NCBI GenBank assembly: GCA_030265395.1 | Contig: JARFYF010000056.1 | Coordinates: 14,384,918-14,448,917, forward strand | DNA from: Rhina ancylostomus | Taxonomy: Eukaryota | DNA length: 64,000 bases | Direction of reading: 5' to 3' | Shown: piece after piece, positions 26,801 to 38,090 of the stretch | Position numbering within the stretch: the first letter of the stretch is position 1 | Layout: each line of letters starts with the position of its first letter | Notes under the pieces: model-generated | Told to the model about the DNA's origin: nothing | Database searches by the model: none | Seen by the model: the letters and a program-made list of their open reading frames with translations, nothing else | Program-made: the position numbers and the translations under genes

Positions 26801-29800
26801 AGGGACAGCAGGGATGCATTCCCACATTTAGCAAATGCTGGAAAATACTCCACGGTGTTCATCATGGTAACCTTTGCAGCTCTATATTCAACTGAGAAAG
26901 GCAAGTGAAATGAGTCTGCTACTATCCCAGTGAAATCCTGTTGCAGTAAAACTCCAATAATCCAGCATCCAATTGTTTGGAAATCCTGACAGTCCAGCGT
27001 CCAACTCACTCATTAGTCCAGAATGTAAGCCAGGAGTCCGGAGTGTGAGTTGGGTGTGCAGCCAGAGCCCAGGGTCTGGAATGTAGCCAGAGCTGGGGTT
27101 GGGATCGGGAACACCAGGGTTCAGGAGCGTGGGAAGGTTTGTAATCAGAGCCAGGGTCCAGAGGCTTGGTATAATTCCTGCCCTGTTTAAACTCACCAAG
27201 GTCATTGGAGAATTTATTATACTACTGTGTAACACATTTAAATAAAAGTGATATGTTATCAATAGGAGTAACATCCAAAAGTTTGGACAATGGGCTGATC
27301 TGGCACTGGCCAAGTCCCATGGATGTGGCGTGATAGAGTGAAACTCTGGAGACAGCTAAACCTCTATCTTGCATCAAGGAAAGAGATAACACTTGCAGGT
27401 GCCAGTTCCTCCCAGTGTATCCTGTCAGATCAGGAGCACTCATTACATCACACTACATGATTCCCACCCGTTGGTTATCGCAAGTGCTGGTGCTCCTAGT
27501 ATCTTTGGCATACTCANNNNNNNNNNGTCCATTTCTCACCCAATGTGCTGGATCACCAGAGGAACAACTCAGTGTTACTGGCTTAAATGCATTTCATAGC
27601 ACTATGGTCAGAACCTGGGTAAGGACTTGTGTTCTTTGGCAGTGCAAGACTTGGAATGTGCTGTGTGAAGCAGCTTACTTTATCCAGGAGAAAATCTAGA
27701 CAATTTGACTTCCTCCTGTTGCCATGGTACCATGCCTTACTTTAGCATATCACTGAATACTAAAAAGGTCACCAACAGTCCCCAAGTTTTGCTCACTAGT
27801 TTGTTCTGATGTGAAACTGAGTGAATTCTAACATGCACCTTCCTGCAACCTGCTCCCTCTCAGAACGCTCTCAGCTGACAATTGGTGTGAAGGTTTACTT
27901 CTACCTGTGGGCCGTGACAACCTGTGTCAGCACCATTTTCACCATTGGCTGGGACTTGAAGATGGACTGGGGACTGTTAGACAAGAAGACCAAGGAGAAC
28001 AAGTTTCTGAGAGAAGAGACAGTATACCAATATAAAGTAAGTGTACATCTAACCTCAAATGTGTACAAACTAACCAACTAGTGCAATTGGTTAAACACTA
28101 ATTAAACTGAATTCTTCTCTTCTAAGTCCTTACTTTCTTGTGAAGGTATCTCCAGCTGCATTTAGTTGAAATATTAAAAATCCTATATTTGTGTTCACTT
28201 TGTCTTTGAAGTCTTGTACCCTGCTATCATACTTATGTCACATTTTGGGTCAATCTTCCCATTATAAACTCTTAAGGCCACACTGGCTTCAAATCTTCCA
28301 ACCTGCCAGCTGACATTTACTGGAGGAACTTTTCAAATTTATCTTGTCTTAAGCTCGGAAGGCAGACACCTCGGTAGCAGTGAGCACTGATCACTGATCC
28401 TCCAGCCTTCCACCACTCCACATGCCATTCAGTCTCATTTCCTACCAAGCTCTCTGGAACTCAGACCTTTCACTGGCAGTCTGCCTCAGATACTCCAAAC
28501 CAGGCAGCACAGACTTCCCAAGAAGCAGGTGGCTTCCAACGGGGAGAAATCTTGCGAACGAGCAGGGTCCCTGGCTCAGATTGGGATCTGGGAGACGGGG
28601 AAGTGATGTTCCAGTACAGACATCAGGAAATTTCCTGTCAATTTCTATCTAATCACTGAAAAACCCACATTAGTAATGACTGGGCCTCATTTTGAACGGC
28701 CTCTGTGTTTACATCATGAATGCATACATCTTACCAAATGCAGACATAAGTTGAGCCTAAGTATTTTTTATGTTTTAGATCCCCCTTCCTCCTCTTTATC
28801 CAGAGCCACTCCTAGGCTGTGCCTTGGTTATCTCACCCACTGGAATGGGTTACTGCATGGGGACTGAGTGATGTAGTCAAGTGGATTCACCTGCACTGCC
28901 CAAAATGACCCAGCCAAGATACATTGCCAAAGCTTTCCATGTCAACCACGAAGAGAATTCTATGAACAGTGCATACATAGATCGGTCAGGTGGTCTTTGG
29001 TGCACCAGTGTCTATACTGCAAAGGACTTGACAATGTGTTAAACTGCCAAACTCCATCGAGTGATGGGCAAGGTGGGCCTGGGTTAGTAGATTGACACAT
29101 GCAGTACCCTTAATGTCACAGGTCCTTCAGCCCACCAAGTCCACACTGACCATTAATCACCCATTTACACTAATTCTATATTCATCCCACTTTTCATTCT
29201 TCCTACATTCTTATCAACTCCCCAATGATTCTACCACTCACCCACACACTATGGGCAGTTTACAGTGGCCGATTGACCAACCAACCCGCACATCACTGGG
29301 ATGCGGGAGGAAACCCACAGGGAAAATGTGCAAACTCCACACAGACAATACCTATGGTCAGGATTGAACCCAGGGCTGTGGCGCTGCCAGGCAGCAGCTC
29401 TACTAGTTGTGCCACCGCACTGCCCTTAACTGCAGAGAGAAAGCTGCTGAGTTATGGATCAGGAGATGGAAGAACAATGTAAGCGTCATCCTCCCACCAG
29501 GGGGTGCTGCAGCTTCAGGTTTGTCTCAGTTCTTCTAAAGCACTGCACACCACATATTATTGGTCTTGCTTCCAAGTTGCAGCGTTTATCTGTTTTAATT
29601 ACAATATTAATGTATGAGATCACAATAAACATGACTAAAATAACTAAATTACATTTGTAATATTTGCTGTCCAACCTACTTGAACCAAAGACTCAAGTTT
29701 TCTCTCTCAGTGTGTGCAACACCATGGGCCATTGATCTTTGTGGTTTAAGCTTACCTCATACTTGAAATCATTGGCAGACCTTGAACTCTGCTCCTCTTG

Positions 29801-32800
29801 TCTGGGTGAATGTGACAGATATAACATGGCATTTACTTCTTTGCCGAGGTAGTGGTGGGAATGGAGCTCACTGCTGCAAGGACTTGCTAAGATGGGCTGC
29901 TTTGATCAGCAGTTCCTCATCTGGTTCAAAGAACAGTTCTGCCCTCCAGTCACCAGGTGCGAGACCTTCTCCATGTGACACCCCATCCCTGCCCAAGTTC
30001 ACTGCTAGAAACTCCCAAGGCCACAAATTCCTCTGGTCATTCTCATTTTTCCAAGAAACAAGAAGGTAATCAACTTAACCTTTCATAATTTAGACATTTA
30101 ATACACAAATATATTTTATCCTTTGACACTGATATGTCGAGCCCAACCTTTCATTTTCCTTACACACATTGCTAATAGTTTCAGTTTGACTTTCAAACCA
30201 TGAACCAGCCTCAGTGTGGGGAGTGAAGGATCAACTCCAGGACCTGAGGTGTTCAACTCCACTCAGCTTCAGAAACAACAGACCCCACTGCTTAGTGAAT
30301 CAGAGGCCAGTTGGAATGAGGGCTTTAGAAAACGACAAGCCCCATCTGCTCAACTGCTCTGACAGCTGCTTAAGCCACAGCCCCAGATTTACTATGTCAC
30401 AGCTGCCAAAAAACTTTGAATGTCTGAGATTCAGATATTGAAAAATCTATTCAGAAGCTTTTCACCTTACCATTAAAATTAAACATTAAAGGCCAGGAAT
30501 CTTTATAGAAGTATTACAAATAATTAAAACACTTGGAACACTAGAAAATTTACTTAAACAATTGAGTACATTTAAATGAACAATTATTTCAAAAATATAA
30601 ATGATCTGCGACTTGCCTCTTTTCCCATTGAACCACCCCACTCAATTTGTGCAGGTTCAGCAAGAAGACTTGCCTGCAATGTTACTGGGAAACGGTTCTG
30701 CAGCTGGGTGATGGGCAGCCCATCATGGGCCCCCAGACGGTGTGATCGCTCAGTAATATTACCAGTGGCCTCAGAAGAAATTTGGATTGCCAGCTGGCCC
30801 CATAAGCAAAAGTGCTGCACACCACTGCATTTAAAGGGAAAGCTCAATGTTTACCTGGAGAGAGCTTCAGAAGGTTATGTTGGAAGGGTTAGAAATAGTG
30901 AGGTGGCTGAGGTTTGAGTGGAGCGTAAAGCAGCATTGGCCAGTTGGACCAAATGTTTCAGTGCAGCCACAGTGTACAGTGTAACACAGGATCAGTCTTT
31001 TCCTCTGATTGATTCTAACCCAGACTCCCTCTGCTTGTTAGGTCTACTACTACTGTGCCATTCTTCAGGATGTGGTACTTCGTGTTGCTTGGGCTCTCAA
31101 TATCTTGTTCACTCAGAGCAAGCAGTCGGAGGTGGCTGAGATCATCTCAACTACCCTGGCTCCACTTGAGGTCTTCAGGTAAGAGGCAATGCAATTCATA
31201 CAGGAATAGGAACCTGAGTTCAAGAAAGGTGGTTATGGCTGTTGCAGGATTTACTGTATCAGCTTCATTCTGACCTAGAACAGTACTAATACAGGGAGCT
31301 GTCAAAGTTCTGACACCACTGCATGAGTTTTTCAGGGCTGGGATCTAGGCCTAACCATTTTCTAAAGCGTTATTAAAGCCCTTCCCTTCATTAGTAGGTG
31401 GGTTGTGGCAATGTTCACTGATAATTAGTTACCTTCAGGTACTGTAACAGTCCATACCTGCACACCGAACGACTGGCTGAGATTCTGGCACAGCTAATGT
31501 GGAAAATAATATTTGTTCTACAGAAGTACCAGACAGTGACCTTTACCAACGAGTGTAGGTCTAACCACCTCATCCTAACGTCAAACAGCACTTCAATTGC
31601 AGAATCATCCATCATTGGCCTGCCAGGCATTGCCATTGACCAGGAATTTTACAAACACTGTGGTTAAAAGCAGTCAGAGGCTGCAAATTCTGTGGGCGAC
31701 GACTAAAGTCCCCTCTTTTGAAAGCCTTCCCATCAGCGACAAGGCAGGTCAGGAATGTGAATGGTTTGCTGAAATTTGACCAGTTGAGTTCAGCTGCAAC
31801 AACACTCTCGAATCTCAGCACAAACCAGCCCACTTGACTGACACCTCAAACATCGCTCAGTCACCATGGCTGCGGTGTCTGGAAGTTACACTGGAACTCA
31901 AGGGTTTTTTGACAGTCCCTCTGACCCGCAGCCATTACTACATAGGAGGCAACAGCAGCAGGTTATGGAAACGTCACCAATGATGATGGGTGGCAAGATT
32001 GTAAAACAAGAGCAACCTAGAAATATTAGTGGGGTGATATTGAGATTGGGTCATTGAAGGGGAAGGGAAGTGAAGAACCTCATGTTGTTAAGATGCAAGA
32101 GTTGAATGGGAGATTCGAGCTCTCTTCCTGTTGCACAGTGGGCGTGGATCTGACATTGTTCAGTTGTTCCACTTTCTCGCCAGTCAGAGAGGTGTGTGCT
32201 CAGGTTCTGGTCAAAGACTTCAGACAGTGCTGTGACACCATAGTGCAGCTCTGTGGGAATGCCACACTGTTAGGGGCACCTAACAGTTGTAAAAGCCATT
32301 TCGTTCACCAGGGTCCTTCAGAGAAGGACACCTGCCATTCTTGACTGGACTGCCCTTTATGTGACTACAGACCAGCATGGTCGACTCATAACTAGCTCCC
32401 AGTTTGGGGGTAATTAGGGATGGACAATAAATGCCAACGTTGTCAGTGATGTTCACATCCCACAACCAAATGAAAATATCAAACTGCTGACCACTTCCAT
32501 CAAGTTTTGTTGTCTGCACCAGATGAATGAATGTGCACCAGCTGCCCCTGTGTAAAGTGTCCCTCGGCTCAGATTCTTCGTTTGTGCTCAATCCCTGTAC
32601 CTGGTGCTACCGGTCTCAATAGGATCAGACCTATACAAACACCTGTACAAACTATGTTCCTGGCCATTGTGCACTGCCAAAGAGTTGCAGAAGGCCAGAC
32701 AGTGCACAGAATCTGCTTTGAGAGCACTACAGATCTGTTTTTAAAAAAAGCCATAGAGTTAGAGTCATAGTCCTTACAAACAGGACTTATGCCAAACCTA

Positions 32801-35800
32801 CAGCCACATCTCCCAATTAAAGTGGAGTTATGTTTCAAAAATTCACAGCAAGGGGATGATAGTCAGTTAAGTACAAATCAGTCCCAGTAATTTATAGCAA
32901 GGAGTGAAGAATTTCCCAATCACCTCCATTTTGACCAATAGTTCGCTTATGGAGGAGCCGAGGTGGGAATGAGATGTAAAGTGCAAACTTTTCTTCCAGA
33001 ACACCTTCACTACAGCTCATTTGTATATGGCTTTTTGATTAAGCGTCACACAGTTGCTAAGTTTTTATTTGCACATTCCCTCTACAGACGATTTGTCTGG
33101 AATTTCTTCCGGCTGGAAAATGAACACTTGAACAACTGTGGCCAGTTCCGAGCGGTCCGAGACATTTCCATCATGCCCTTGACCGGGGACAACCAGGCGA
33201 CTCTGCTGCTGCTGATGGATCAGCAGGAAGGTGTCAGAAATCGTGGAAAGGTCAAAGGCACCAAGAGGAAATCCAATTTCTCTTTTAAAAGATCAAGGTC
33301 AGTTACAAAACAGTGGTGACTTGCATTTATAAATCACATACTAATCCTTTGCAATCTTCCAAGGCTCTGCATGCCAGCAAATAAAATTTTCACCCACCCC
33401 ACAAAGGTAGACTCGAGGAAAGGTGGAGTTTGTGAAGGGAATTGCTGCGTTTGGGATCCAGAATGCTGAAGTCAAGGCCACCAACAGTGGAGCATTGAAG
33501 GAGACCAGAACTGGAGGAGTGCAGTCATCCCAGAGAAAAGTAAAGCAGGAGAGAGTTAGAGAGAGAAAGGTCGGTCTGGGAGCAGCTTAGAGGAGGAGTT
33601 TTAAATCAAGGTATTGCTTGACCTAAAGCCAGCTTAGATTGGCAAATACAGGAATAGGATTCCAGTAATGACATTAGGGTTCCAGATGCCGTTTACGAAG
33701 GATGAAGGCGAGGATGCTTGCCAGGAATGCACTGGAATGGCCACATCTAGAAGTGACAAAGGAGGGAAAAAAACAGCACAATGACTCTGCTTCCAACAGG
33801 AGACCCGTTCATCTTAGAAGGGTTGGATTGTTTGTATCAGGTCCTGTCCACAGCCGCATCCAGGATCACCTTCGATCACCAAGGCCAGGGAAAAATTTCC
33901 TTGAGATTGAGAAAGTTACATAAACATTGCTGAAATGTTATGCATTTAATGTGTTTCCTTTTGAGGATAAAAAAGCATTTCACATTTTAAAGTTTGTGTT
34001 CACTCACCCACTTTTTAGGACTGGGTGGTCTGGAAATTTCTAAATGCCACCCAATAACTAATAGTTTGCTTCTTACAAAACAAGATTTCATTTCCTCAGG
34101 TTAGTGAGGCAAGGGAAAATCAGCTCAAGTTCCTGACCAAAATTGCCATCCAGTGAGGTCTTCAAGAAAGGCTGGTGTATGGACATTGGCCGAGGGGAGG
34201 ATTATGTTTCGCAACACTCCCCTCACAGTCCAATCGACCACCAATACTTAGTACATAATTTATTCATGAGGAAAATGACCACATGACCAAGGCATGAAAA
34301 TCAAAAACTGCGGGTGCTGTTATCTGAAATAGAAACAGAAAGTGATGAAAAGACTCAGCAGGTCAGGCAGCACCTGTGGGGAGAGAAAGAGTCAATGCTT
34401 CTGCGCTCAGCACATCCTGAGATCCATATTTAATGCCATGCATCAGAACGTGCATACTCCCGACCCCTCTCTGCAACAACACTGACTTGCCATCTTGAAG
34501 CTGTGCTGAGCAGTTCCCCTTTCTCCTTCAGCGCACACACTGTTGCATCAGAAGGCTTCCTTCCTTTCACATCACAAATTTCAACAGTTCTCCAGTTCCA
34601 AAACTCCTCCACATCTGCCCCACTTTCACGTGCTTCTNNNNNNNNNNCCCTCAGCCCCCCCCCCAGTCCCACGTCTGCTCCGTGTTCACCGTCCCTCTTG
34701 GTCTCGCACCCTCTGACCCGTGCCACTGGTCATCAGCAGAGGATTTGCCTTCATCCCCCTACATGACCACCTGAGTGAATTCCGAGCCCGGTATGACGTT
34801 GAGCCGTTCTCCTGCCAGCTCTGCCGATTTCCATGGCCAGGAGTCTTCACCCCCGACTGTGGGCTTTTCCTCTTGCCCTCAGAATCCCTGACCCTTCTGG
34901 AACCTTCTTTTTGGCCCCTTACCCCTTCTAGATCGATTCATCACTAACTGCCAACACCACATTGACCAACTCAGTGTTGCCGCTCGCTCCCTCACTCACT
35001 CTAACCTACCCCCTTCTGAACTTGCGGCACTCTGTTCACAAATTTTCTCCCTGCTCTCCACCTCACACGGTGCATCCCAGATGCTCCCTTCCAGTATTCC
35101 AAAGGGCCTGTTCCCTTCACGACTCCATGGTTCACTGTTCCATCTTCATCAACCACTCTCCTCCTTATGGCACTTCCCCAGTCAATCACAGGACCTGCTC
35201 TTTCATCTGTATCCTGAGATACAAATCGTCCTTTGCGGTGAAGAGCAATTCAACGCACTTCATCCAATCCAGTGCATTGTACTCCATGCTTACAATATGG
35301 TCCCCTCTGTACTGGAGAATTCCCACTTTGACCCAGATGTTTGTGGCCTCCTGCAACGTTCCAACAAGACCAAGAGTAAACCAAAGCAGCAACACTCCAT
35401 CTTCAATCTGGGCATACTGCAGCCTTCAGGAGTCCATATCAACTTCAGATCATTTACTTCATCTGTGTGTATCAGAACTGGCCAATTCTGCTGCAAGGTT
35501 ATCCATTTGAATTATCTTTTTCCTCTCTTCACAGAGATAACCTGATGTGCTGGACACTCACAGCATTTTTTTTTGGTTGCAGGTCTCAGCTGCAGGTTTG
35601 ATCTGCATTTCACTGTTTCAACACGTCCCTGTGTGTCTTCCCTCTAACTACCCCCGTTAGTCAAGTAGATGCCTCAGCTATCACCCCAGAGATATTCCCT
35701 TGGTCTATCCCATCCCTCTCCAACCCCCTCTGCAACACAAAGTCAACTTGTTTACCCGCCTTTCTCAATTCTAATGATGGGTTTTTGACCTAAAAAGTCA

Positions 35801-36874
35801 ACTGTTTCTCCTTCCACAGAATCTGCCTGACCTGGTAGACTAAGGGTAACTTAATATTCTGGATCAATGACCTTTCATTAGAACTACAAAATGTTAAAAC
35901 TAAAGCAAGTTTTAAGATGCAGAGAAAGGTGCAGGCAGGGTTTGAAGAAGAGCATGAAGTTGGTCTGTGATAGGGTGGGAGGAACAGGAAAGCTTTCGCC
36001 AGCTATCATCGATCTTCTTTCCATTCTCCCGTTTCCTCCCTTTCTCTGCATCTTAAAGCCAGTTTCCTCCTGGATTAATTCACCACCTTCAAAAACAGCA
36101 AACTCACACTTTTGGGAAGAGGATCACCCGCTAGTTTCCAAACCCAGATCATGAGGACCAAATGTGGCTCAGTAGGTGGCACCACTGTCCTTCACAACTG
36201 TAGAATGGCGCCACCTGCTGTCAGCACTGCCAAACTCTGCCCTCCTTTTCGAGAGGACCTTACGAGTGTCGAGAGGACACTGAGTCAATTAGCTCAGTGT
36301 ATTTCACTGAACTCTCCAATTTTCAGGCAGGAGACATTTATTATTCACGTGGATGTTGCAAACATTTACTTGTTGCCTTTTGCTGATAACATTCAGGAAG
36401 ATGATGCACCATCTTTGTGAACGGGCACAGTGAGTGCAGTGAAACTACTACAACAATGCTCTCAGGCAGAAGATCCAGGATTTTGACCAGTCACCAGGAA
36501 GGAAGACAGATGTTGGCATTANNNNNNNNNNNNNNNNNNNNTGGAGGTGCCTTAGGGCCATATTACTTTCCACAGCACTGAGAGTATCTATATGTCTGTT
36601 CAGAGAGACAAAGCTGAAGCCCTCCTGCTGAAATGGTTACTCATCTTAGTCCTAAGAGTCACTGTGCACAAAACGGCAGCCCAGATTGGCCAGGAAACAG
36701 TCACTGTGCTCACAAGAAATTCATGCAGTACTTACTCCCTAGCAATGTGGGCAACCCTTGACAAATGCAGGATTTTGGTCAAAACAAGTTCATTCCCTTC
36801 AACTAACCATTGTCTGTCTGTTCTTCAGAGTCAAAAGCTGGGAAACAAAAGTTCACATTGAGGAGACGGAGTGA
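7821..36874 (+). CDS. XPR1: XPR1-like SPX-EXS phosphate exporter (SLC53A1 family), divergent paralogue; spliced CDS span covering exons 3-15 equivalents, 5' exons not located
   Basis: Thirteen exons with compatible phases translate to XPR1 motifs: [117 protein letters not shown]. No stops or frameshifts were seen. Confidence 0.93.
8385..8688 (-). mobile_element. Young tRNA-derived SINE, full length
   Basis: Minus-strand head ggcatggtagagtagcggttagc...gacccgggttcaattc (A/B-box-like) and a (tctta)n tail; near-identical copy at 15919-16338. Confidence 0.8.
10366..10583 (+). CDS. XPR1: XPR1-like exon 4 equivalent (SPX domain)
   Basis: catcttcag acceptor, CAG|gtatgt donor, 218 nt; [24 protein letters not shown]...[20 protein letters not shown]. 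Confidence 0.94.
11770..11928 (-). mobile_element. Truncated SINE (3' part only), cut at the ARHGAP21 fragment junction
   Basis: catagtcatagagtcatacagc...acaggcccttc...ccatcaaccacccatttacact...cccacattcccatcaactcccc aligns with the fuller copy at 29120-29425. Confidence 0.7.
11929..12675 (-). pseudogene. ARHGAP21: Isolated, 3'-truncated ARHGAP21 last-exon fragment nested antisense in an XPR1-like intron
   Basis: Minus-strand acceptor tatttaacag, then [29 protein letters not shown]...SSSDDELE...[19 protein letters not shown]...[15 protein letters not shown]. The frame is open for about 249 codons and then fuses into a SINE. No other ARHGAP21 exon was found. Confidence 0.85.
15502..15651 (+). 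CDS. XPR1: XPR1-like exon 5 equivalent (SPX lysine cluster)
   Basis: ccattccag acceptor, GAG|gtaagt donor, 150 nt; [50 protein letters not shown]. Confidence 0.94.
15919..16338 (-). mobile_element. Young tRNA-derived SINE of the same family, spanning an assembly gap
   Basis: High identity to 8385-8688; tgtgggaggaaaccggagcacccggaggaaac is repeated on both sides of the 100-N gap. Confidence 0.8.
16505..17620 (+). repeat. Degenerate tandem repeat, unit about 35-40 bp
   Basis: Recurrent gagagggtatttacagagactgcagtatacag-like units. Confidence 0.7.
17997..18080 (+). CDS. XPR1: XPR1-like exon 6 equivalent
   Basis: acacag acceptor, CAG|gttggt donor, 84 nt; [28 protein letters not shown] (too short for the ORF track). 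Confidence 0.92.
18295..18380. repeat. (TG)n microsatellite
   Basis: Long perfect TG run. Confidence 0.95.
18812..19415 (-). mobile_element. CR1 LINE 3' fragment
   Basis: Minus frame [23 protein letters not shown] and an (agaac)n-type tail. Confidence 0.8.
19681..20050 (+). mobile_element. CR1 LINE ORF2 C-terminal fragment
   Basis: [33 protein letters not shown]...[20 protein letters not shown]. Confidence 0.85.
20785..20836. repeat. (TG)n microsatellite
   Basis: Perfect TG run. Confidence 0.95.
20951..21032 (+). CDS. XPR1: XPR1-like exon 7 equivalent (first TM helix)
   Basis: cccctcag acceptor, AAG|gtaagc donor, 82 nt; [27 protein letters not shown]. Confidence 0.92.
21717..21973. mobile_element. 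Non-autonomous DNA transposon (MITE) remnant
   Basis: Terminal inverted repeats agggttgccaaccctcca ... ctccagtagctggcaacc. Confidence 0.55.
23001..23188 (+). CDS. XPR1: XPR1-like exon 8 equivalent
   Basis: tttttctag acceptor, GAG|gtgagt donor, 188 nt; [63 protein letters not shown]. Confidence 0.95.
23335..23655 (+). mobile_element. Young CR1 LINE 3' end
   Basis: [20 protein letters not shown]...[25 protein letters not shown], then ...gggctgaagggcctgtattgtgttgtactgttctatgttcta tail. Confidence 0.85.
24235..24414 (+). CDS. XPR1: XPR1-like exon 9 equivalent
   Basis: tctttcag acceptor, CTG|gtaagt donor, 180 nt; [19 protein letters not shown]...[18 protein letters not shown]. Confidence 0.95.
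24715..25280 (+). mobile_element. Old CR1 LINE ORF2 fragments (endonuclease/linker region)
   Basis: Remnants resembling LDLV...[13 protein letters not shown]...LNLNKG, PWLTKE and [10 protein letters not shown]. Confidence 0.55.
25591..25759 (+). CDS. XPR1: XPR1-like exon 10 equivalent (EXS core)
   Basis: acaaacag acceptor, CAG|gtgaga donor, 169 nt; [56 protein letters not shown]. Confidence 0.95.
26706..26900 (+). CDS. XPR1: XPR1-like exon 11 equivalent (ends in a GC donor)
   Basis: tgacacag acceptor, AAG|gcaagt donor, 195 nt; [65 protein letters not shown]. Confidence 0.92.
26944..27228. mobile_element. Degenerate pogo/Tigger-like MITE with a GC-rich repetitive interior
   Basis: Left end cagtaaaactccaataatccagc, decayed right end attggagaatt...tactactg. 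Confidence 0.35.
27864..28036 (+). CDS. XPR1: XPR1-like exon 12 equivalent
   Basis: ccctctcag acceptor, AAA|gtaagt donor, 173 nt; [58 protein letters not shown]. Confidence 0.93.
29120..29425 (-). mobile_element. tRNA-derived SINE with a CR1-like tail (HE1-like)
   Basis: Minus-strand head gggcagtgcggtggcacaactagtagagctgctgcc...ctgggttcaatcctgacc. Confidence 0.7.
31042..31178 (+). CDS. XPR1: XPR1-like exon 13 equivalent
   Basis: cttgttag acceptor, AG|gtaaga donor, 137 nt; [46 protein letters not shown]. Confidence 0.94.
33088..33297 (+). CDS. XPR1: XPR1-like exon 14 equivalent
   Basis: ctctacag acceptor, AAG|gtcagt donor, phase 2-2; [70 protein letters not shown]. Confidence 0.92.
34300..35600 (+). 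mobile_element. Degenerate Penelope-like element with palindromic terminal repeats
   Basis: GIY-YIG-region remnants ([15 protein letters not shown]; [21 protein letters not shown]) flanked by the ctcagcaggtcaggcagca motif and its reverse complement. Confidence 0.55.
36829..36874 (+). CDS. XPR1: XPR1-like terminal coding exon (exon 15 equivalent)
   Basis: Branch-point-like aactaac at 36801-36807 and ttcttcag acceptor. A phase-2 join gives [15 protein letters not shown], resembling the recalled human C-terminus SKARDTKVLIEDTDDEANT. Confidence 0.75.
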
Positions 36875-38048
36875 TGTGACAAAGCTGAACAAAGTTCCCT
36901 TGAAATGCTGAGTGAAGGCACAGGGCTGCTTTGAATGCTCCAAAACTCATCTGGGTGAACTGAACTGTTCATTGAAGTAAAAAGACCGGAGCCACTAACA
37001 TTGGAAAAATTTCATACTTTTGTGAAACAAAATACTATATCTACATAAAAATGTGGTGGCCCTTTTCAAATAATCCTGCACTGGTAGAGGGTGTTCTTAT
37101 TCTNNNNNNNNNNACCCCCTATCTGGCCATCTCTCCAGTTGTCCACCAGGAGAGGACGACTCAGTACCTCTGACTTTCCAGTGTCCACCCCTCCTATTCT
37201 GCTCTTTTGATGGTACAAATAAAATCAGGATCCTGTAGGTGGAATTGCGGGTGTGAATCCTTGCCCAATTATAACATTAGTGTAACATCAGATGTTGTTT
37301 TTGTAAGTTGCTTATCTGGACAATGTCAAGTGAAAGAAAGGGTCCAGAAACCTAAAGGGCTAATCAGATTTCAAAACAAAATTAAATCTCAATTTAGATA
37401 GCAGAATGTTGAAACAAAAATGCAGTCAGAGATCATCAATGTTAGAAACTTGTGTGTGCACAGACGTGCACGTTAAAAGCAGATGGACAGTTTAGACTTA
37501 GGTTCTCCCTGCAAAAGCTGTGGCAATCCAAGACATGCAGAAGGAAAATAACCGACATGGAATGTTTACAATGGCATCTTGGATGTTTGAACAAACAGAT
37601 TCTGCTCTAGTCTGGAATCTCATATACAGGGAAAAACTGGTTAAAGTTTCAGTTTGAGTTCAATGCTCTAAAATGTGAATATTCAAATGGTGGTATGGAT
37701 TTAACCTCGTTTTTACAGTTCAACATCTTGGCTAAAGAGGAGCTGTTTTGTTTTATAAAGACAAGCTGCTGCCCTGTTGTGTTAGCTGTGTGTGGGCCAT
37801 AACAAAGTGACTCCTCATTATGTTTTAATTCAATAGATAAGTGTCTATGAGTACTGTGATATTACATAGAATCAGTTACTTTAATATATTTGTAATAGGC
37901 AGTTTGTCAAACCAGAGCAACCTGCTCTATTTTGTGAGCTAGACTTGCATCCCAATCCAAGGGATACATGGAATGGACCAGTAACCTCAACATCTGCAAG
38001 GGGCCCACTGGGACAGTGGACATCGAGAGTAGTGTCTGCATTCTTCAG

Positions 38049-38090
38049 AGTCAAAAGCTGAGAAATGAAAGCACAGATTGAGGAGCTGGA
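38049..38090 (+). pseudogene. Duplicated copy of the XPR1-like terminal exon with TGG>TGA
   Basis: ttcttcagAGTCAAAAGCTG is identical to 36821-36840 and similarity continues to about 38090; reads VKS*EMKAQIEELD. Confidence 0.65.

Noticed and set aside
34962-35545. 154-182 aa ORFs
   Set aside because: They are frames of a decayed Penelope-like element, not a host gene.
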